A stretch of 59,130 nt of DNA, filler included, from Acidimicrobiia bacterium (lineage in GTDB: Bacteria > Actinomycetota > Acidimicrobiia > Spongiisociales > JAHEDJ01): assembly GCA_029210695.1 (NCBI GenBank). It is 5 parts of 5 records of this genome, joined end to end, with 100 filler letters (N's around TTAATTAATTAA, not from the genome) between each part and the next. Parts side by side here need not be neighbours in the genome. Positions count along the whole stretch, not along the records: positions 36,754 to 47,912 come from JARGFH010000086.1; 4 more parts are not named here. One strand, 5' to 3'. The translations under genes and the position numbers were made by a program. The notes beneath the pieces were generated by a model. The model was not told where the DNA came from. It saw nothing but the letters and a program-made list of their open reading frames with translations, and ran no database searches. This document shows, one piece after another, positions 36,867 through 47,211 of this stretch (position 1 is the stretch's first letter; each line of letters starts with the position of its first letter).

Positions 36867-38291
36867 TCACTCGCGCTCGAGGCGCTCTAATGCGCGCTGG
36901 AGTCGGACGATCGTTTTGGCGCTTCCGATCGCCGCCATCGACTCGAAGAGCGGCGGTGAGACCTGCGATCCGGTGACGGCCACCCGGAGCGGCTGCCAGC
37001 CTTTTCTAGGATTGAGTTCCGTATCCTCGAGAACCAGGCGTAACGCCTCTTCGATCGACGCAGGCGTCCACTCACCGACCTCGGATAGGCGCCGGACTGC
37101 GGCTGCTAGAGCCACTTTCGCATCACCCTTCATCACTTTCGACCACGACGGTTCGTCAAAGCTCACCTCATCGACGAACAAGAACCGGCTCATCTCCCCG
37201 ACCTCAGTCATGAGCTTCACCCGCTCTTGAATCAGCGTGGACACTGAAGCGAAGGTTTCCCACTCGTCATCGGTCGGAGGGCGGCCCAGCTCTGCCTCGA
37301 TCAACGGCCGGGCCCGCCCGGCGAAATCGGCCGCCTCAATGGCGCGCACATACTCACCGTTCATCCACTGCAACTTGTCGACGTCGAACACCGCAGGGTT
37401 CTTCGACACTCCGGCCAGATCGAACCGCTCGATCGCCTGCTCGACGGAAAAAATGGTGGTTTCCGCGTCGTACGACCAACCGAGCAGGCTCAAGTAGTTG
37501 AACATTGCTTCTGGGAGATAGCCTCCCCGTCGGTACGCCTGCAACGACGTGTCTCCGTGGCGTTTGGACAGCTTCTTGCCGTCCGGACCGAAGAGCAGAG
37601 GGAGATGTGCGTAGACGGCCGGGTCGGCTCCCATCGCCCTGGTCAGGAGGATGTGTTTCGGCGTTGAAGGCAGGAGATCTTCTCCGCGTATCACATGGGT
37701 GATCTCGTAGTCGACGTCATCAACGGTCGAGGCCAGGTGATAGGTCGGGACGCCGTTCGAACGAAGAATCACGAAATCGTCGATCACCTCCTGACCGAAG
37801 CGCATCTCGTCTCGAACGAGATCGACGAATTCCACCGCCGCCTCCTGCGGCACTGAGAACCGAACGACTCCCGAGGTCGCATCGGTGGCTGGCCGCCGGA
37901 TGTAGACGTTCGGATGTTTGCCCTCTCGCTGGGCCCGGGCGCGCAGTTCGTCGAGTTCTTCGGGCGTCCGTTCGTCGTAGTAGGCGTGCCCGCCGGCCAC
38001 CAACTGCTCGGCCACCTGGCGGTATCGGTCGAATCTGTCCGACTGCCGATAGGTCCCATGCGGACCGCCGGCATCCACGCCCTCATCCCAATTGAGCCCC
38101 AGCCAGGCCAGACCCGTCTTGATGTCGTCCTCGTACTGTTCCTCGCTGCGCTCGACATCGGTGTCATCGATGCGCAGCACGAAGGTACCCCCGTGATGTC
38201 GCGCAAACAGCCAGTTGAACAGGGCAGAACGAACGTTGCCGACGTGCAGCAACCCGGTCGGCGAGGGCGCAATGCGAACCCGGACCGTCAT
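36867..38291 (-). CDS. gltX: Glutamate--tRNA ligase
   Basis: RIAPSPTG.LHVGN (HIGH), RIDDTD, RQSDR, THVIRGED, KLSKR, LRVAVTG..SPPLF. Confidence 0.97.
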   Translation of the reverse strand: MTVRVRIAPSPTGLLHVGNVRSALFNWLFARHHGGTFVLRIDDTDVERSEEQYEDDIKTGLAWLGLNWDEGVDAGGPHGTYRQSDRFDRYRQVAEQLVAGGHAYYDERTPEELDELRARAQREGKHPNVYIRRPATDATSGVVRFSVPQEAAVEFVDLVRDEMRFGQEVIDDFVILRSNGVPTYHLASTVDDVDYEITHVIRGEDLLPSTPKHILLTRAMGADPAVYAHLPLLFGPDGKKLSKRHGDTSLQAYRRGGYLPEAMFNYLSLLGWSYDAETTIFSVEQAIERFDLAGVSKNPAVFDVDKLQWMNGEYVRAIEAADFAGRARPLIEAELGRPPTDDEWETFASVSTLIQERVKLMTEVGEMSRFLFVDEVSFDEPSWSKVMKGDAKVALAAAVRRLSEVGEWTPASIEEALRLVLEDTELNPRKGWQPLRVAVTGSQVSPPLFESMAAIGSAKTIVRLQRALERLERE

Positions 38292-39049
38292 GGCTTCACC
38301 ACCGGATTGGAGAGCACGCCGATCGATTGAACCTCGACGTCGACGATGTCGCCGTCGACGATGGGACCCACGCCCGACGGAGTCCCGGTGAGGATCACGT
38401 CTCCTGGCAACAACGTCATGACCCGGGTTACGTACTCGATCAGTTCCGCAACGCCGAAAACCAGGTCGGTGGTCTTTCCGGCCTGGCGGACTTCACCGTT
38501 CACGCGGCACAGGATATCGAGGCCTTCCAGGGGATCGAATTCGGTCTCAATGGCGGGGCCAAGCGGGCAGAACGTATCGAATCCCTTGCCCCTGGTCCAC
38601 TGGCCGTCGGCGCGTTGAAGGTCGCGAGCGGTGACGTCGTTAGCCGCCGTGTATCCGAGCACGATCGACGCGGCATCCTCGGCGCGCACGTTGCGGGCGA
38701 CGCTCCCGATGACGACCGCAAACTCCGCTTCGTGGTGGACGTTCGTCGAATCGGGCGGAATGACGATGGGTGCTCCGGGGCCGATGACGGAGGTCGACGG
38801 CTTGAGGAAGATCACCGGGGCGTCGGGAACCTCCGCCCCCATCTCAGACGCGTGGTCGGCGTAGTTTCTGCCGATGGCCACGATCTTGGTGGGAAATACG
38901 GGGGAAAGGAGTTGAACGGAGTCGAACGGGGCAACCACCTCGGTCGACTCCCATTCGAACAGCGGAGAACCTTTGTAGAGGCGGATACCCTCCGGCTCAA
39001 CGGCACCGTAGACGATGCCTTCGGGGTTGCGTACTCGTACGATTTTCAT
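38288..39049 (-). CDS. Fumarylacetoacetate hydrolase family protein
   Basis: IGRNYADH, FLKP, HHEAE, NDVTARD, KGFDTFCPLGP, GDVILTGTP. Usual neighbour of gltX in Actinobacteria. Confidence 0.93.
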   Translation of the reverse strand: MKIVRVRNPEGIVYGAVEPEGIRLYKGSPLFEWESTEVVAPFDSVQLLSPVFPTKIVAIGRNYADHASEMGAEVPDAPVIFLKPSTSVIGPGAPIVIPPDSTNVHHEAEFAVVIGSVARNVRAEDAASIVLGYTAANDVTARDLQRADGQWTRGKGFDTFCPLGPAIETEFDPLEGLDILCRVNGEVRQAGKTTDLVFGVAELIEYVTRVMTLLPGDVILTGTPSGVGPIVDGDIVDVEVQSIGVLSNPVVKP

Positions 39050-39591
39050 GGGTAGTACTCGTCTCTCTCATACCTGGACAGTCTGGCGGCCTGCTCAGGA
39101 TCCATGTGCCGCATCGTGTCGGCGAAGTGTTCGGCCATGACGGGTAGGAAGAGCGCCGTGGCCTCGATGTATCGGTGGCCGTGATCGTCTTCGCCGACCG
39201 CCTCGGCCCACATCTTCCGACCCTCTTGAGCGCTCAACCAGGCTGCTCCATGCAGGGTCATTCCGAGCGGGATCGGCCGGAGGTAGTTCGTCTCGAGTTT
39301 GACTGTGACTCCCGGCCGCTGATGCGCCATCATGACGAATCCCATCAGGTCGTCGAAGAAGGCGGAGATCGCCCCACCGTGAACGAGACCGGGCCCGCCC
39401 TGGAAGCGAGGGGCAAACCGGATTTCGGCCTCAACCAGGTCACCGACGAAGTGCGGTCGCAGACCCAGTCCTTCCGTGTTCTCAGGACCGCACCCGAAGC
39501 ACCATGGAAGGTGCATCGTCGGAACCCGCGAGAGAGCATCGTGATCGGATACGGGGATCACCGTCCCCGTCAGGTACCGATACGGATCCAT
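39046..39591 (-). CDS. PaaI family thioesterase
   Basis: CFGCG.EN..GL and QGGPGLVHGG...DD hotdog motif. Confidence 0.88.
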   Translation of the reverse strand: MDPYRYLTGTVIPVSDHDALSRVPTMHLPWCFGCGPENTEGLGLRPHFVGDLVEAEIRFAPRFQGGPGLVHGGAISAFFDDLMGFVMMAHQRPGVTVKLETNYLRPIPLGMTLHGAAWLSAQEGRKMWAEAVGEDDHGHRYIEATALFLPVMAEHFADTMRHMDPEQAARLSRYERDEYYP

Positions 39592-40088
39592 CAGCGGAGT
39601 TGTTCGGCGATACCGGCGCGAATCTCATCGAGCGTCTGGTGCAGGAAGTCCCGGTCGATGTCGTCGAGGACCGAACGACCGGGCACGGTTTCGTGCGCGG
39701 ATTTGCGCAGCCACATCGTTCGGCGCCGGTTGAGGTCCGCCCGGGTCACCTCCGGAAGCCCATCGACGCGCAACCCCAGGACGATCAGTGCCGCTTCAAC
39801 ATCATCCGGCACCGGACCGCGTCCAAACACAGACGCCCGGGCAGAGGCGACGGTCGCCACGACGGAGTCAATTGCACCCGAATCGCGTTCGTATTCGGCC
39901 TGCCTGACGAGCTTGATGACCCATCCGGCATCCGGACTTGGATTGCCGAACACGCCGCCGACATGCATATCTGCCGGGGAGTTGATCTCGCCGGGTCGGA
40001 GCGGCTTCCAGACGCCGGGGGCGCCGGGTTCTGTAGTGGGACGAGGTAGATCGTCGACTTCGAGTTCGATGTTGGGCTGTTGACCCAT
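39591..40088 (-). CDS. Hypothetical protein
   Basis: Overlap-coupled in the ilvE-gltX run (TGATG). Motifs GNPSPDAGW and RASVFGRGPV..D. Confidence 0.75.
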   Translation of the reverse strand: MGQQPNIELEVDDLPRPTTEPGAPGVWKPLRPGEINSPADMHVGGVFGNPSPDAGWVIKLVRQAEYERDSGAIDSVVATVASARASVFGRGPVPDDVEAALIVLGLRVDGLPEVTRADLNRRRTMWLRKSAHETVPGRSVLDDIDRDFLHQTLDEIRAGIAEQLR

Positions 40089-40098
40089 TGGTTGTCTC

Positions 40099-41013
40099 CT
40101 AGACGGGCTCGAGCCAGTTCAGATACGCGTCGAGTTTGCCGCTAACGGCTTCATGGAACAAGTCCTGAGCACGCTGTGTGATGGGTCCGGGTCGACCGTT
40201 GCCGACCGGGCGGTGATCAACTTCCCGGATCGGTGTCACCTCGGCTGCCGTCCCGGTGAAGAACAGTTCGTCTGCGTAGTAGAGATCACTTCGTACCAGC
40301 GACGCTTCGCGCACCTCAACGCCGTCATCTTGGAGGAGTTGTATCACTGAGGCCCTGGTGATCCCGTCGAGGATCCCCGCTGAGACCGCCGGTGTCATCA
40401 CCACACCATCACGAACGAGGAAGAGGTTCTCTCCGCTCCCCTCCGCCACGAGTCCGGCAGTGTTCAACATGATCGCTTCGTCGAATCCGGCCCGCAACGC
40501 CTCGCGCTTCGCCAGGACCGAGTTCAGGTACCCGCCCGTTCCTTTGGCATTCGGGATGAGGGTCGACTCGGCGAATCGCCTCCACGAGGAGACGCCGACG
40601 GAGATCCCGTTCCGCACTCCGTCCTCGCCCAGGTAGGCGCCCCAGGTCCAGGCCGCGATGATCGTGACGGGCTCACAGGCTCCGGGATCGAGGCTGAGCG
40701 AGCCTGCCCCATAGGTCACCAGGGGCCGGATGTAGGCCGAGGGAAGAGAGTTGACCTTGACCACCTCGCGCGCTGCTTCAACCAGGTGCTCGACCGACCA
40801 GCCGACGGGGATATCGTAGGCGGCCGCCGATCGGTGCAGGCGTTGCATGTGCTCGGTCAGGCGAAAAACGGCAGGCCCGGTAGCCGTCGCATACGCCCGG
40901 ATACCCTCGAAGACGCCCGTGCCGTAGTGCAAACCGTGACTGAGCGCGTGGACCTGTGCGTCGGCCCACGGCACCATCTCTCCGTCCATCCAGATGAATT
41001 GCGCATTATCCAT
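40099..41013 (-). CDS. ilvE: Branched-chain amino acid aminotransferase
   Basis: LHYGTGVFEGIR, AYIRP, AKGTGGY, EGSGEN, LDGITR, FFTGTAAEVTP. Confidence 0.96.
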   Translation of the reverse strand: MDNAQFIWMDGEMVPWADAQVHALSHGLHYGTGVFEGIRAYATATGPAVFRLTEHMQRLHRSAAAYDIPVGWSVEHLVEAAREVVKVNSLPSAYIRPLVTYGAGSLSLDPGACEPVTIIAAWTWGAYLGEDGVRNGISVGVSSWRRFAESTLIPNAKGTGGYLNSVLAKREALRAGFDEAIMLNTAGLVAEGSGENLFLVRDGVVMTPAVSAGILDGITRASVIQLLQDDGVEVREASLVRSDLYYADELFFTGTAAEVTPIREVDHRPVGNGRPGPITQRAQDLFHEAVSGKLDAYLNWLEPV

Positions 41014-41031
41014 GGAGGTATCTTCGCAGGT

Positions 41032-42951
41032 CTATCCGCTGGTGGTCAGTTGCCGGGCATGCCAGTCGAGGATGGCATCGAACCGTTCCTGCCGGTGTTT
41101 CGGCTTTCCAGATCGGGACAGTTCGTGGCCCTCGCCGGGGAAGCGGAGGAATTCTGCTTCCACCTCCTGCCGTTTCAAGATCATGAACAGTTGCTCGGCT
41201 TGCTCGATCGGGCACCGGAAGTCGTTCTCAGAGTGGAGGATCAGCGTCGGCGTCTGGATCAAGTGCGCGATCCCCAGAGGACTCTTCTCCCACAGGACAT
41301 TCGGATCATCGACGAGGTCAACGCCGGCATAGATCTTCGGGAAGGTCGACCCGATGTCCGACGTCCCGGCGAATGATGTGAAGGAGAGCAGCGCCCGCTC
41401 CACGACCGCCGACCGGTAGCGGTGATCCTTGGCAATCAACCAGGCGGTGAGAAACCCGCCGTATGAACCGCCCATGACTCCGATCCGCTCGGGATCCAGG
41501 CGCGGATAGCGGCGCAGGGCCTCCTCGATCGTGTTGGTGACGTCCTCGACGTCGACGACGCCCCAGCCGTCACCTACGACGGCCCGCACGTGCTCCAGAC
41601 CTCGCCCGGTCGAGCCCCGCGGATTACAGGCGATCACGGCATAACCGGCGCCGGCGAATACCTGGAACTCATCGAAGAATCCCCAACCGTACTGGCTGGC
41701 CGGGCCACCGTGAATGTTGAGGAGCACCGGTAGGCGATCCTCACCCGGCGGGACCAGGGCCCAGGCGTCGACTTCGATGCCGCCGGAAACCACATTGAAG
41801 TGCTCCGGTTCGCACATCGGCACCCCGGCGCGGAACGCCGCGTTCAGGTCCGTCAGACACCTCTCCTCGCCATCCTCCCAGATGTAAACCTCACCAGGGT
41901 CGGTCGGGCTGCTGATGATCATCGCCAGACGGGATCCGGACGCATCCACCGTCAAACCCTTCACAACGCGATCCCCATCGACGAGGTGATCAACGGCGCC
42001 GTCTTCGTGAACCCGGATCACGCCGACACGCCCGGAGTCTTCGACGACCGAGAAGAAGGTCTGCCCATGCCATTGGGGACCACGGGGGGCAACGCCCAAT
42101 GTCATTGAGAACACGTTGCGGTCGAGGTGACCGGTGAGGTCGACCGGTTCCTCTCCAATCCTCCATACGGAGATGAGACTCGGCCAACTCCCCGGAACGG
42201 GGTCACCGATGGCATGCAAAGTCCCGTCGGGCCGATAGGACGGGAAGGCCCACGATCCGCGCTCGACGATGCGCCGCTGCTCGCCGTTTTCGATGTCGAC
42301 TTCGAAGAGGTCCATGCCATCTTCAAAGGCTCGTCGAGGCGATCGATCGGTGGCGAAAGCGATGGCCGTCCCATCCGGGCGCCAGGCGATGAATCGCTCG
42401 TCGTACTCGCCTTCGGTCAGACAGCGTGGGTCTGCGCCACCCTCCGGGTCGACCAGCCAGACATGCCGCTTGCGATCGTGGGTCCAGCCGAGGTTGTCGA
42501 ACCGGAAGGGCACGTCGGTGACGCGACGGGGGCGGCGCCCGCGTTCGGCATCATCGAGATCCGCCCATTCATCGGTATGGGTGATCCCGACGGCCGCAAT
42601 TCCGCTCCCATCCGGCGACCATTCCAACTCCTCGCAACCCAGGGGAATGTCCGTGAGGACCCGGGCTTCTCCGCCGCCGGCCGGCATCACGGCCACCTGC
42701 GGACGCTGGTCCGGGGTCTCTCCGCCCCGGAGGAACGCGAGCGATTTCCCGTCCGGTGACCAGCGGGGATTGACGTCGGCCGGCCCGTGGGTGAAAGCCC
42801 GGGCGGACCCGCCGTCCCAGACCCAGATCGTGCGGTGGTACCGATCGTCATCGAGATCCGGACGGGTGACCACGAACGCTACCCGTGTGCCGTCCGGGCT
42901 GATCTGGGGATCAGAGGGAAGGGTGAGGCGAGCGAGATCCGAAGACTGCAT
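41032..42951 (-). CDS. S9 family peptidase (acylaminoacyl/dipeptidyl peptidase) with PD40-type propeller
   Basis: SPDG repeats, IHGGP, GGSYGG, DFRCP and GEGH catalytic-triad motifs. Confidence 0.94.
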   Translation of the reverse strand: MQSSDLARLTLPSDPQISPDGTRVAFVVTRPDLDDDRYHRTIWVWDGGSARAFTHGPADVNPRWSPDGKSLAFLRGGETPDQRPQVAVMPAGGGEARVLTDIPLGCEELEWSPDGSGIAAVGITHTDEWADLDDAERGRRPRRVTDVPFRFDNLGWTHDRKRHVWLVDPEGGADPRCLTEGEYDERFIAWRPDGTAIAFATDRSPRRAFEDGMDLFEVDIENGEQRRIVERGSWAFPSYRPDGTLHAIGDPVPGSWPSLISVWRIGEEPVDLTGHLDRNVFSMTLGVAPRGPQWHGQTFFSVVEDSGRVGVIRVHEDGAVDHLVDGDRVVKGLTVDASGSRLAMIISSPTDPGEVYIWEDGEERCLTDLNAAFRAGVPMCEPEHFNVVSGGIEVDAWALVPPGEDRLPVLLNIHGGPASQYGWGFFDEFQVFAGAGYAVIACNPRGSTGRGLEHVRAVVGDGWGVVDVEDVTNTIEEALRRYPRLDPERIGVMGGSYGGFLTAWLIAKDHRYRSAVVERALLSFTSFAGTSDIGSTFPKIYAGVDLVDDPNVLWEKSPLGIAHLIQTPTLILHSENDFRCPIEQAEQLFMILKRQEVEAEFLRFPGEGHELSRSGKPKHRQERFDAILDWHARQLTTSG

Positions 42952-43028
42952 GGCGTCCTTTCATGAGGCCGAACAAGAGGAATCTAGTGGCACCGGGTTA
43001 GCGTGAATCCCTCAGCCGACGGCAAGCG

Positions 43029-43592
43029 ATGATCGAACCACTCACCAGCCCACCGACCAAACCCTCCCCCCGTGCCGCCGGCATGGCTGCCGCCGGTGGT
43101 GCTGGGCTCATGCTCACCAGTCCCGGGTTCGACAGCGAGGTCCTCACTTTCTTGATGGCGGCCGCCGGCGCTCCTCTCCTGGGCTGGGCCCTGCTCGGTC
43201 TCCTCTCCATCCATAGAGACGGACGGGGCCCGGCATTATCGGCCGGTTTCTGGATAGCTGAGTCCGGTGTGCTCTCGCTCACCGTCGGCTACCTAATGGC
43301 GGCCATCGAGGCGGGGGCCGGCATCGATGTTGAGACCGGGTCGGCCTCCGTCGCCGGCCTCGTGCCTGCCACTCTGATCTTCCTGGCCTTTTTCGTCTTG
43401 CTCCCGGTTGGACTCGGTCTCTTCGGTGTGGCGGCCTGGCGGACGGGTGCGCTCGGCCCGTGGAAACGCCTCCTTCCTTCGCTGACGGCGGCGGTGGGAG
43501 TGCTGGCCCCCCAACTGCTGCTAGTCGGCTTCATAGCCTTGGGGTTCGGCATGTGGGACCAAGGTCGCAGGCTCGACTCTGTGGCCGGTTAG
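43029..43592 (+). CDS. Hypothetical membrane protein
   Basis: Five to six hydrophobic segments, co-oriented with pgpA. Confidence 0.65.
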   Translation: MIEPLTSPPTKPSPRAAGMAAAGGAGLMLTSPGFDSEVLTFLMAAAGAPLLGWALLGLLSIHRDGRGPALSAGFWIAESGVLSLTVGYLMAAIEAGAGIDVETGSASVAGLVPATLIFLAFFVLLPVGLGLFGVAAWRTGALGPWKRLLPSLTAAVGVLAPQLLLVGFIALGFGMWDQGRRLDSVAG

Positions 43593-43601
43593 CCTCCCGG
43601 G

Positions 43602-44048
43602 GTGCATCGACTCATCGCCTCATGGTTTGGATCCGGCCTGCTCCTCGGCGCCGTACGCGGGTCGGACCGCGGTTCTGGAACGGTCGGAGCAGCGTTGGCG
43701 CTCGTCTTCTCCCTTGCGTTCGGGGTAATCGGATGGTGGGTGCAAGCGCTGGCAGCCGTCGTCGTGGCTGTGGCCGCGGTGTGGTCTGCCGGGCACTTCG
43801 CAGAAGACGGTGACCCCGGCTGGGTCGTTGTCGATGAAGCAGCCGGGATGTTCCTGGCCACGATCGGCCTCCTCGGCTGGTCGGCGCTCGTCGCCTTCTT
43901 CGTGTTTCGCATCGCCGACATCTTCAAACGAACGCCGGGGGTCGGAGCGGCCGAATCGTTACCCGGGGGTTGGGGAATTACCGCAGACGATCTCGTAGCC
44001 GGCCTCTACGGCCTGGCGGCAGGCTGGGCATTCCAACTCATGACCTAA
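43602..44048 (+). CDS. pgpA: Phosphatidylglycerophosphatase A
   Basis: SGTVG, DPGWVVVDE..G, FRIADIFK, GGWGITADD. Confidence 0.9.
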   Translation: MHRLIASWFGSGLLLGAVRGSDRGSGTVGAALALVFSLAFGVIGWWVQALAAVVVAVAAVWSAGHFAEDGDPGWVVVDEAAGMFLATIGLLGWSALVAFFVFRIADIFKRTPGVGAAESLPGGWGITADDLVAGLYGLAAGWAFQLMT

Positions 44049-44051
44049 ACA

Positions 44052-44130
44052 GGTTCTGGGTTCTAGGTTCTGGGTTCTCGGCGGAACAACTCCGGCGAAA
44101 ACGTAGAACCCATAACCTATGACCTATAAC
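44052..44130. repeat. Inverted heptamer-repeat element between convergent pgpA and serA
   Basis: ggttctg-ggttcta-ggttctg-ggttctc, spacer, then gtagaac-ccataac-ctatgac-ctataac. Same family as 71-100 and 30825-30890. Confidence 0.75.
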
Positions 44131-44194
44131 GGCGGACGGAGTCCGCCTCTGATGGGCGAACGGAGTCCGCCTCTGATGGGCGAACGGAGTCCGC
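44131..44194. repeat. 24-bp tandem repeat (~2.5 copies) built on a GC hairpin
   Basis: CGGAGTCCGCCTCTGATGGGCGAA at 44137-44160 and 44161-44184, partial copy at 44185-44194. Hairpin GGCGGAC-GGA-GTCCGCC at 44131-44147. Confidence 0.8.
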
Positions 44195-44198
44195 TATC

Positions 44199-45803
44199 TC
44201 AGAGTGGTAGCTCTACCTGCTGTGCTTCCTCCACACCGTCGAGAGAGCGGAACTGCTCCATTTGTGTCTCATCGAGGGCACGGTCGAGGCTGAGACCCAT
44301 CATGGCGGCGTTGCCGGTTTCGGGGGATTGACCGACAGCCATATTGGCGATGTTGATTCCGATCTGACCCAGGTAGGTGCCCACCCGTCCGATGACCCCG
44401 GGGATATCGGCATTCCGGACCAGCAACATGTGGCGCGACATGAGCAGTTCGACGTCATGCCCGAAGATCGATACGAGATGCGCACCTTTTCGCCCGATGG
44501 TGCCGGCGATGGACACCGTCCGCCCACCCACCTCCCCCGATAGACGGAGCAGCGAGACGAACTCATCGGATTCCTGCGAGGCTTCCTCTACGATTACGAG
44601 ACCGCTCTGATTGGCGAGGGCCTCGACGTTGACGAACGAGACCGGAGCCGAGCTCACCACGTTGAAAGCCCCTTTGAGCGCCGACAGGCGGAGTGGCCTG
44701 ATCGGGGAGGCCGCGATCCGGCCCTCTGCCCGCACAACGAGGCGATCCGGAAGGCCCTGTGCGACGCGACAGAAGATGGCGCCGAGGAACTCGGCCACTC
44801 CAAGGAACTCACGGGTCTCATCTCCGACATCGCGACCGATGTCCACATTGACCGCAGAGAGCACCAACTCCCCTCGCAGTGCAGCACCAACCGCCTCAGC
44901 GACATCGAGCCCTGCCTTGTCCTGCGCTTCGATCGTCGAAGCGCCGAGGTGGGGCGTGAGAACCACCTCCGGAAGGTCGAGCAAGGGGCTGTCTCGCAAC
45001 GGCTCCATGTCGTACACGTCGAGGCCCGCCCCGGCCACCTTGCCGGACCGGACTGCCTCGACCAGTGCTTGTTCGTCGACGATCCCACCGCGGGAGGCGT
45101 TGACGATGCGGACCCCGTCCTTCATCTTTGCGATGTTGTCCCGGCCGATCAGACCAACTGTTTCCTTGGTCCGCGGAAGGTGCACCGTGATGAAATCAGA
45201 CCGTGCCAGCAGATCGTCGAGGTTGTCGGCGACCTCAACCCCGAGCCGGCGGGCTCGCTCTGAGGAGACGTAGGGATCGAATGCAACGAGTCGCATACCG
45301 AACGAGAGAGCTCTTTGCGCGACGAGGGAGCCGATCCGGCCGAGCCCGATAACGCCGAGGGTCTTCCCGTGGAGCTCGATGCCTTGATATTTCTTCCGGT
45401 CCCACCGGCCTGCCCGCAAGCTGGCGTCTGCCGGTGCAACGTTGCGTGCTTGGGCGAGCAGCAGTGCCATGGTGTGTTCCGCGGCACTGATGATGTTGGC
45501 CTGTGGAGCATTGACGACCAGAACGCCGGCAGCAGTGGCGGCAGGAAGATCGATATTGTCGACGCCGACGCCGGCTCTACCCACGACGACGAGTTCGGGT
45601 GCCGATTCGATGAGTTCCGCGTCGACCTCCGTGGCTGATCGGACGATCAGGCCGTTGGCATCGCCCATACGCTTCAGCAGTTCATCTCGCTCGAGGTCCG
45701 TCGCGATTTCGACATCGCAGTGCTCGGCAAGGACATCGATGCCCGCCTGAGAAATCGTCTCGGCAATCACCACTTTCGGCCGCATCGGCACCACCTCCTC
45801 CAT
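44199..45803 (-). CDS. serA: D-3-phosphoglycerate dehydrogenase
   Basis: RAGVGVDNID, SAAEH, GLGRIG, NASRGG, TPHLGAST, ASB and ACT domains. True start may be a few codons downstream. Confidence 0.96.
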   Translation of the reverse strand: MEEVVPMRPKVVIAETISQAGIDVLAEHCDVEIATDLERDELLKRMGDANGLIVRSATEVDAELIESAPELVVVGRAGVGVDNIDLPAATAAGVLVVNAPQANIISAAEHTMALLLAQARNVAPADASLRAGRWDRKKYQGIELHGKTLGVIGLGRIGSLVAQRALSFGMRLVAFDPYVSSERARRLGVEVADNLDDLLARSDFITVHLPRTKETVGLIGRDNIAKMKDGVRIVNASRGGIVDEQALVEAVRSGKVAGAGLDVYDMEPLRDSPLLDLPEVVLTPHLGASTIEAQDKAGLDVAEAVGAALRGELVLSAVNVDIGRDVGDETREFLGVAEFLGAIFCRVAQGLPDRLVVRAEGRIAASPIRPLRLSALKGAFNVVSSAPVSFVNVEALANQSGLVIVEEASQESDEFVSLLRLSGEVGGRTVSIAGTIGRKGAHLVSIFGHDVELLMSRHMLLVRNADIPGVIGRVGTYLGQIGINIANMAVGQSPETGNAAMMGLSLDRALDETQMEQFRSLDGVEEAQQVELPL

Positions 45804-45898
45804 TGCGCAATCTTGCCCGACTCGAGGGGCTTCACCAAACCCGCCCGTTCGATATCGGCTCCACCTAGAGTGAGAAACAGGAAGTCAGGAGGTTGGAG

Positions 45899-46339
45899 AT
45901 GACCTGGGAACCGAATGTCATCGTGGCGGCCGTCGACGGCTCGGACCGCAGCATCAAAGCCACCCAGCTGGCGGCGGAAATGGCGAGGCGCAACGGGTCG
46001 AAGTTGCACATCCTCACCGTGGTTCGACCGCCCGAGGGCTGGTGGGGCATCGGTGGAGCACCCCCACCTGCCAGGGCGCTGTCGGAATCACTGATGGAGG
46101 CCCAGAAAGAGGTTCTGGATCGAACCGTCGCCGAAGTGAACCTCGAAGGCATCGACTACCAGGTCGGCGAAGAGCTCGGCGATCCGGCCAGTGCCATTGT
46201 GCATTACTGCGAGGACGTTGAAGCCGACTTGCTCGTCATCGGGCGCCGCGGTGCCGGGTTGATGGAGCGGTTCGTGATGGGTTCCGTTGCCGATCGCCTC
46301 GTGCACTACTCCCCTTGTCCCGTGGTGGTCGTGCCGTAG
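45899..46339 (+). CDS. Universal stress protein
   Basis: IVAAVDGS, GDPA, LLVIGRRG, MGSVAD, CPVVVVP. Confidence 0.93.
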   Translation: MTWEPNVIVAAVDGSDRSIKATQLAAEMARRNGSKLHILTVVRPPEGWWGIGGAPPPARALSESLMEAQKEVLDRTVAEVNLEGIDYQVGEELGDPASAIVHYCEDVEADLLVIGRRGAGLMERFVMGSVADRLVHYSPCPVVVVP

Positions 46340-46342
46340 ATC

Positions 46343-47137
46343 ATGTACGAATTCGATCGAGATACGGCGGTCTCGCCGGAAGGTGAGGGCGTCTGGTTGG
46401 TCGAGGTCTCACCGAGCTGGAACATCGGAACGATTCCCAACGGTGGTTATCTGATGGCGATCGCCCTGTCCGCAGTCGGCCGGGAGTTATCTCACCCGGA
46501 TCCTCTGACGGCCACCAGCCACTTCCTCGGTCGGATAACTTCAGGCGAACCTGCCACCATCGAGGTTGAGGTGCTGAGGGAGGGACGAACCCTCTCCACG
46601 GCCTGCGCGCGGCTGCTCCAGGATGGCCGCGAACGCTTGAGAATGCTGGCCACTTACGGCGATCTCGACGCCTCAGAAGGACCAACCCTGGTCACCGCCA
46701 CCCCTCCCCCGATGCCGCCGCCCGACGAGTGCGTCGGCTTCGACAGGGAGGAGGCGACGATGGAGATCCAGAAACGCTTCGACCTCCGGCTCGAGCCGGG
46801 CGTGGCGGGCGGAGCGATGGGGAGTCCGACCGGCAGACCGGAAGTCGGCGGATGGATCCGGTTCGCCGATGGTCGGGAGCCCGATCTGAAATCGCTGGCG
46901 TTGTTCGCGGATGCGCTCCCGCCGACGGTCCTGAACATCGAACGATTCGGATGGGTGCCGACAATCGAACTGACGATCCACTTCCGTGCCAAGCCGGCAC
47001 CCGGATTTCTGCGAACCTGGTTCGCCTCCAGATTCCTGATGAAGAGCCACGTCGAGGAAGACGGCGAGATCTGGGACTCAAAAGGCAACCTCGTTGCTTT
47101 GAGCCGTCAGCTGTCGAGGATCCTGCCCAGGAGTTGA
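46343..47137 (+). CDS. TesB-like acyl-CoA thioesterase family protein
   Basis: WNIG..PNGGY, LREGR, DALPP, WVPTIELT, EEDGEIWD (double hotdog). Confidence 0.9.
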   Translation: MYEFDRDTAVSPEGEGVWLVEVSPSWNIGTIPNGGYLMAIALSAVGRELSHPDPLTATSHFLGRITSGEPATIEVEVLREGRTLSTACARLLQDGRERLRMLATYGDLDASEGPTLVTATPPPMPPPDECVGFDREEATMEIQKRFDLRLEPGVAGGAMGSPTGRPEVGGWIRFADGREPDLKSLALFADALPPTVLNIERFGWVPTIELTIHFRAKPAPGFLRTWFASRFLMKSHVEEDGEIWDSKGNLVALSRQLSRILPRS

Positions 47138-47211
47138 GCCGTGGGCAGCGGTTGCGCCCCCGGCAAACAGACCGCCGCCGGGTAACCACCGCCGCCCGCT
47201 AGGGTCGCAAC

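Noticed and set aside
44131..44194. Possible mini CRISPR array
   Set aside because: The units are directly tandem with no unique spacers, and no cas genes are present.
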